In this document: positions 56,929-64,000 of the stretch, piece by piece
How the letters are laid out: every line of letters begins with the position of its first letter
Numbering within the stretch: position 1 is the first letter of the stretch
DNA from: the human T2T-CHM13v2.0 reference genome, Homo sapiens
DNA: 64,000 nt
Assembly: GCF_009914755.1 (NCBI RefSeq)
Contig: NC_060926.1
Strand: one strand, 5' to 3'
Notes under the pieces: model-generated
The model's database searches: none
What the model saw: only the letters and a program-made list of their open reading frames with translations
What the model was told of the DNA's origin: nothing
Made by a program: the position numbers and the translations under genes

Positions 56929-58711
56929 TGCTATAGACAAAATGTTTGTTTCCCCCAAAAAATCATACATTGAAATCCTATACCACAATATGATGGTATT
57001 AGTAGATAGGGCCTTTGAGAAATTATTAGGTCGTGATGCTGGAACCCTCTTGAATAGGTTTAGTGCTCTTCTAAAAGAGGCCCCAGAAAGCTCTTCCACT
57101 TGAGAATGTGGCAAGAAGATGGCCATCTGTGAACCAGGAAGTAGGTCCTCAACAGACACTGAATCTGCCTGTGCCTTGATCTTGCACTTCCCAGCCTCCA
57201 GAACAGTGGAGAAATACATTTCTGTTGTTTGTAAGCCAGTTTATGAAATTTCATTATAGCTGCCCAAATGGACTAAGACAAAAATTGGTACCAAGAAGTA
57301 AAATGACACTATAACAAATACCTAAAAATATGGAAACAGCTTTGAAACTGGGTAATGGGTGGAGGCTGAAAGAGTTTTTAAGTGCATGCTTAAAAAAGCC
57401 CACATTGTCATGACTGAACTTTTAAAAGGTGATTCTGGCAAGGGCTCCAAAGCAAAACAAAAACAAACAAAAAAAGCAACAGCAACGACAAAAAACACCA
57501 ACACCACCAACACCACCATCACAAGAGGAGAGCTGTAAAGAAAGCTTCGATCTCTGAGTCTTCTTAGATGATACCCACATAATCTTGAATAGAACGTTGG
57601 TAGAAATATGGATGGTAAAGGCCATTCTTATGAGGTCTCAGATGGAAATGAGGAACATGTTATTCACGGAAACTGGAGAAAAGACCATCCTCGATATAAA
57701 GTAGCAAAGAACTTTGCTGAAGTGTGTTGTTCTGGTGTATTATGGAAGGTAGAACTTGTAAGTGATGAAATTGGGTATTTAGCTGAAGCTATTTGTAAGC
57801 AAATTTCTCTGATTTCTCTAAAATCCAGATAGCGTATTTAATTAATGTAATTGTAGATAGTTTGTTTGAACCCATAGGCACAGCCTGGCTTTTTCTGACT
57901 GCTTATAGTAAAATTCAAGATGAGAAAAATGACCTAAAGATGGAATTGTCCATCAAAAAGGAAGCAGAGCTTAAAGACTTAGGTAATTCTCAGCCTATCC
58001 ATATTGAAAAGTCTGAAAAAGCCTGTTTGGGAAAGAATACTAAGGATGTGGTCAAACAACTGTTTGATAAGGAGATTAGTATGGATCAGCCATCTCAGCA
58101 GAAGCCAGGAGCTATTCTCCAGGACAATGGAAGAATGACTCTGAAGGCAATTCAGTGATCATCAGGACAATCCTTCCTACCAACAGGCCCAGAGTGCAAG
58201 GGCCCTGGAGACAGAGTGGTGTCAAAGGAGGGGCTGCTGGTGCCCTCAGGACCTCAGTGCATGCTGCATAGGGCAGCCAAACACCACTGGGTTCTATTCC
58301 TTGTGCTGTAGTGTCAAATTGCTTGGACACCCCAGGTAGAGCTCCAGTGGGACCCAGTGTAGCATGGGTCACAGAGGCTATCCCTCCCAAGGGCACAGGC
58401 AGCAACTTTGGTGGCATCCACACAATGCCATCTCTGCTGGTGCAGAGAGCTGTAGTAGAGCCCTCATGAATGGGATTAGTTTCCTTATAAAAAAAAGACT
58501 CACAGAGAGTTCCCTTGACCCTTCCACCATGTGAGGACACAATGAGAACACAGGCATCCATGGACCAGGAAGCAGGCCCTCACCAGACACCAAATCTGTC
58601 AGCACCTTGATCTTGAACTTCCCAGCCTCCAGAACTGCGAGAAAATTCCATTGTTGATAAGCCACCCAGTCTATGGTATTTTTGTTATAGCAGACCACAT
58701 TAACTCAGGCA
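56929..58711 (+). mobile_element. MLT1A-type MaLR provirus: 5' LTR 56929-57280, internal region ~57281-58455, 5'-deleted 3' LTR to 58711
   Basis: tgctatag…gactaagaca LTR; internal start aaaattggtacca; second LTR half; 5-bp TSD CACAT (56924-56928 / 58712-58716). Confidence 0.85.
57803..57873 (+). repeat. ~70-bp direct copy of 52998-53069 inserted in the MaLR internal region
   Basis: Core tctctaaaatccaga…tttgaaccc is 54/59 identical by hand. Confidence 0.9.
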
Positions 58712-61700
58712 CACATGAAAGCTATAAATCTTGAAACACAGGAATCATACTCAGGGTGGTGAGATGCTCAGCATGAGAGAGGCAAGCAAAGACCCGCAGA
58801 GAACAACTCATTTCTCCAAACTCCTGTTCCCTCCCAGACACACAGTCCCTCAAGGGCACACTGTCATTGAGATGGAAGGTAAGTGAAATTGCTCTCATTA
58901 AGTTATTTTATCCTGCCCATCCTCCCACCTTTTTTTCTAGTTTTCTCTCATCATGAACATACAGTTGAATTTGGGTAAGATCAATTGTGTGTGATTAGAC
59001 TTCACTTTGTACAGGAAAAAAATTTAGTGAACTGTAAAGCCACAGAAAATGTTAGTTATAGTCACATTTATCTTCCATTCCTCTTAGGACCAAGCACAGT
59101 TATGAGCCACAAAAAATACCCAGTAAATAATTGTCAACAGCTGACTTGATTTTGGCTTGACATTTTAACATTAGATTGAAACCTTGCTTAAAGTGTATTT
59201 ATAAAGAAATTGTTATTCATATGAACATGAAACTGAAAAACCTCACTTTCTATCAGTTCTGTAAATAACTCAGTTATTGAGAATTGAAATGCTCTTTTTT
59301 TTCAAGTACAATCGGATAGATATAAAAAGGGGAAAAATACAAAAAATTATAAAAATAGCATTTAACCTTAAAAAATACAGGTGCCCAGGCTATACAATAT
59401 GTAAAGATACATTCATATATGTACCCTCCAAGAAATCAATCAAACATTGACCTTTTATGTTATGCTAATGGTTTTTGAGGAAACATTAAAATTCTTTATA
59501 TTATGCCTTATTTTGAGAGTACTGTCATATACAACCCACATAAACATACAAACCACTCAACAATCAAAAGCAGAAGAAACATTTACTGTTTTAGCAAGAC
59601 ATACAAAGAGTTAATGGCAAAAGGAAAGAGAGGGAAAAAATCACCGCAATGGTCTGTGTTTAGAATATAAAGCCTGTTACCAAGGTATACAAGGAGGAGC
59701 TGGAAGGCAAATAAAGGTGTTCTTGGCAGTAGGTAAAATTAAGACTATTTAAAGCACACATGAGGTGGAAATGGCAGAAAACATTAATATTACAAAGATA
59801 AGTTAAGCAAAAGGAACAACTAGTATGCAAAGAAAGGCAAAATACAGAGATGAATGAATAATTATGGGTAGGGCAGTAATTATTAAATCATTGAAAGTAT
59901 GTAAAAGAACCTAAGGGTTGTATTAACAAAGAAGAGGAAGCTGTATGTGGGCTTTGAGGAAGTGAAGCAATTGTGGACTGTTTCTCCATGTAAAACTTTG
60001 TTCAGTCTCACAGCACTGAAGAAAAGGGGCATCCCAGTGTTGTAAGTACCCTTTACCTTCATGTTCCTTTTTTCCTACAACAAATATTTGTGCAGTAGAT
60101 CTCTGTACTGAGGATAGAAAAATCAATAAGTCTAGGAAAGGTAGGTAACATTTTTTGATGCTGTATCACAGGTAGGAAAATTTCCCACACTGGTCCATTT
60201 ATTTGACCCTCAAATGAGTATTCTATTACTTATTTAAATAATAAAGGTAGTGTTTTCCTATAAGTACCCACATGTCTCTTCTGGAGACCAATGCTGTGTA
60301 CTTAATTTTTCAGTTATTTTCTTGAATGCAGCTTTTTATTTGTTTTTTGTTTGTTCATTTTGTTTTTTTAATCCAGTAGAGTCTTTCTAAGGGAGGAAAG
60401 AATGAAAACAAAAGATTAAAACAAACCAGCATGCTGGGAATGGTGTTGTCTGGGATCCTCAGTTGCCCTACCAGAATCTACCCACAGATAAGGTTATATA
60501 TGTATCTTTAGAAATAGTTTAACCACTAAGTTGAACCATGGAGTATATTTTCTTATCTGTAAGATAGAAGAAAAAAGAAAAACAAAAATGTCAGAATATT
60601 TTTGGGGTAATGAATTCACTATTTGTTACATTTTGGGGACATAATCTGAGTTCAGGAAAGAAACCTAAACAAGACATAAAATTTTGACTATTTGTTTGTG
60701 AAAGAAGGAATTTTTAGTAAAGAAAATTAAAGTATATAGCAATACTTGGCAAACATTTGAACACACTTGAAGGGCCATGCTCATACTCATAATCAAGGAA
60801 TTTATTTGTTCACATAATCTTCCGATATTTTCTCTGGATAGTTTCACTTTAAAATAAAGTATTTGGAGATAGGGTAGGAGAGATTATGCAAATGTATGAA
60901 TCTTAATGAGAAGTTCATTATTGAACATTTTGATGTGAATTTCAGGAAACGATAAAAGACCCTGGGATTTGTGAGACTTAAAAGAAAAATTCCACTCTTG
61001 GAGAACTTGGAAATTGCCAGTAAAAGAACTGAGACCCAAATGACAGCAGATAATGTAAAGCCAAATTGCATTATGCCCTATGGTAATGAATAGGAAACAG
61101 GGCACTGTGATAAGCTTGGAATGATGATCAATATTTGGAACACTGTGATAGGCAAGAAGGTAATTAGGCCCATTATGAACACAGTGAACACAGATAACAT
61201 AACTTGGGAAATTATACATTTGGATATTATGGAGAATTTTTTAAAGGCTAATGGATTTGCAATGATATCAAGTAAAGCATATAAGACATTTTGCCTCTAG
61301 GAAATCTACTTAAAAAATCAAACAGAAAATTTTCAGTAAATGTAATCTAAAATGAAAAGACAAAGTGAAATATGTGGGAGAATAAAGTGGTATTGTGACT
61401 CCTACTTGGAATTTACAATAATTTTGTATTCAAAGAGTTTTACATTTATTAATTTCACATCACAACTCCCCATGCAGCAGGAAAGGCGTTTCTATTGTGT
61501 TTGTCCAAGTTGACTGCTCATAATAAGGCAAGGCCAAATTGATAATAAAAGCAAGCTATCTTGACAAGTTCTCAGCCTTCCCAGGTCTCATGCTGTGACC
61601 CCTGGATGGCATTATAATAATCTTGATCCCTAATTTATGATGGGAAACAATCCCTTTATTTTAGAAGGAAGGATTGTAAATTAATTAATTTTCACTAAGT

Positions 61701-62339
61701 GCCGTGAGGGCCATTGATGTTATTGGAATGTACAAATTAATACATTATTTATTGTTAATTTATCATAAGTATTTGTTAATTACAAAGCTCTAGCTGGAAG
61801 AAAAACTTGCCATGTATCTGGAAGTGAATATCTTCCCTAAGACAATTTCTCATTTTTTAATATGGATGTATTGGAAGCAATTTCATCAATAATGGAAGAT
61901 CCAATTACTGGTCTTCTGGATTAAGACATTCTTTTATTGTGAGATTTTTAATGCTAAAGTGGGAAGTTCAAACATTGCCAATTAAATCTCAGACTAATTA
62001 GGTGATTATAGCCTAAGGAGAAGGGCAACTAAGACTCCACTATTAATCTATCTTATCACAATGGCCTCTATATGTGATGAACAGATGAACATATATATAC
62101 CTGTGTCAAAAGAAGAAATGTAAGGCATTGTTTGAAAAAACAATTTCAGGAGTTTAATTGTTTTAAAAAAATTTAAGGAGTTGTTTCCCTTTTTGAATAA
62201 AAAGGGAAAGCATTTTTTATGAAGTCCTTTTTAGCTGTTTGTAGAACGCATGATCATATTTAAGAATTCAATGATGGATTGAACCAAATCTAAGATTTCC
62301 CTCATTGAAATGTTTAGAGGTGGTACAAAAGTGACTGTG

Positions 62340-62530
62340 ACAGTAATGATCACCATTGCTTTATGAGCACTCACGATGTGCCAGGCACCCTTCTATGCTT
62401 TTCTTATCCTCAATATGATAGCTGAGGGAACTGAGGCACAAAGAGGTTATTAACTCAAGAAGTAATTAGCAGGGCAGGGAATGTTTGGATATTCTACAGC
62501 CTCCTTTTAATCCTTCAGTATTAACCACTA
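62340..62530 (-). mobile_element. MIR
   Basis: tgagcactcacgatgtgccaggcac…tgagggaactgaggcacaaagaggtta. Confidence 0.7.
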
Positions 62531-62880
62531 CCCTCTAGACAGTTTTATTCTCAATTATTCAAATCATCTGCCTGTGGAGAAGCAACAGCAGTGCTCAGCT
62601 GTAAGGCAAGGGCAGGAATCCAAGACTGAGTCAGAGAAACTGAGGTCCACATCCAAACTATCCTCCAGGAAGGACCTTCTGTTTCATAGCATGTTGAAGT
62701 GAGGCTTTCTATAATACCTGGAAGGCTGGGGCAGCGGTTTCTCAGCATCTTAAGAATCAGTTTCATAGTGGCACCTCTCCAACTAGGTGGTAGCTCTCTC
62801 ATGGGCCTCTTGCCACCCTTTTTATGCCTACAGGACACATGGGCATTTTGCCTGGCACAGCTTAACTCTTTAGTCTTGGA

Positions 62881-62888
62881 GTGTGTTT

Positions 62889-62928
<40 letters not shown>
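62881..62928. repeat. (GT)n microsatellite
   Basis: Read directly. Confidence 0.95.
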
Positions 62929-62929
<1 letters not shown>

Positions 62930-64000
62930 CATTCTTTTCATAACGCTGTATTTTTGGGAATGGAGGGTAGTAGGGGATGTATCGGAGGATTGATCTGTGC
63001 AGAAGACATGACCCTGAAATTTCCCTCTACTCTATATAGGACCATGTCAAGCTAATCCTTCATTTGGAAACAGATGGAATCTTTAAAAGCGCTATAACAT
63101 CTTTTTAAAAAAAAAAAAATATGTGGCATTTTTTTAATGAGGCCACAATTTTAAGAGAAAATTTGGCACCTGACATTAAGAATGTTTTTATTATACCACC
63201 TTGAGAATAATTTTTATGTGAGATCCTTCTTTTAGCACCCTTGATAATTGTGTGTCATCTGTTTCATGAATCTTGTGTATGTTGAGCTCATGTTTGTGAG
63301 GGGAGGATCCGTTCTTCTCGATCTTAAAGAACATGGACATAGAAGCCACAACCAATATCGCATCAGCTATAGATGAAAATATGAAGAGTCATCATATTTT
63401 AGGATAACTTCAATGGGATCAATTGGCTGAGGTTTTGATTTTGCTAAATTACTCACTTGAAAGAGACCTCTTCTTGAGACCCCTGGTTTTAGTGAAAGCC
63501 TAGAAAAAAAAAATGTGATTTTTGTAAATGGTGAGGCTAGACATAGACAGTGAATCTTCTCATTTTAAAAGCTGTAAAATTTTCTACGCACCATCAACCT
63601 AAACTGAAATTGGTGAGAGTAGGAGTAGGGAAGAGGGATTGAAAGTGGCAATTTATTGTACTCCACACAATCTTTACAGGGAGGGTATTTTATTCCAAGT
63701 GTTTTGTTGGAATTTAACACTGATGCCTTTCAATTGACATTATAATCCCTTACACAGCAGGTAACCTTGACCTTCTGTAGGAGCCCTCAAACATATGAAA
63801 GACATGGGGATCCCTGGAGAAGGTGCTTGTCAGAGCCCCCAGTTCAGTCAGTTCACTGTACCTGTAAATCCTTATAAGGACTTTCCTGATTTTGGTTCTC
63901 TTCTCTAACATGAGTCCCTACTCTACAGCTACATTCTGTGCATTCTCCAGGAATAAATAGAATTTTTTTTCCAATCCTGAAAACTCCAGAGTCCACATTT

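Noticed and set aside
57608-58158. ORFs of 74 and 98 aa that look protein-like
   Set aside because: Remnants of the MaLR internal ORF split by an insertion; not a host gene.

Overview
Repeat-rich, AT-rich primate (very likely human) genomic DNA with more than a dozen Alu elements plus L1, L2, MIR, MaLR/ERV LTRs and Tigger-type DNA transposon relics. The one convincing host coding element is a 45-nt phase-1/phase-1 exon at 12012-12056 (+) encoding (V)PDESKVHSLAGQKS(E). I recognise this from memory as PARD3B (PAR3L), so the window is probably two large PARD3B introns around one small exon. Almost all ORF-track ORFs are repeat-derived or chance. The main anomaly is a set of non-transposon 'copy-paste' insertions. 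One is an unprocessed intron+exon fragment of CLIP2 (end of CAP-Gly 2 plus Ser-rich linker) inserted antisense at ~19531-19821 with no poly(A) or TSD; its opposite strand forms a 110-aa ORF with a strong Kozak context. Four others are short (59-172 bp) direct-orientation copies of unique sequence 0.4-4.8 kb from their donors, and three of these can be polarised by the older transposons they interrupt or include. There are also micro-patchwork insertions. Together these look like fossil templated-insertion or template-switch repair scars, which is inference. A candidate poison or alternative-last exon lies at 16525-16692. Gene and repeat-family names are from memory, and identities are hand counts, not database results.
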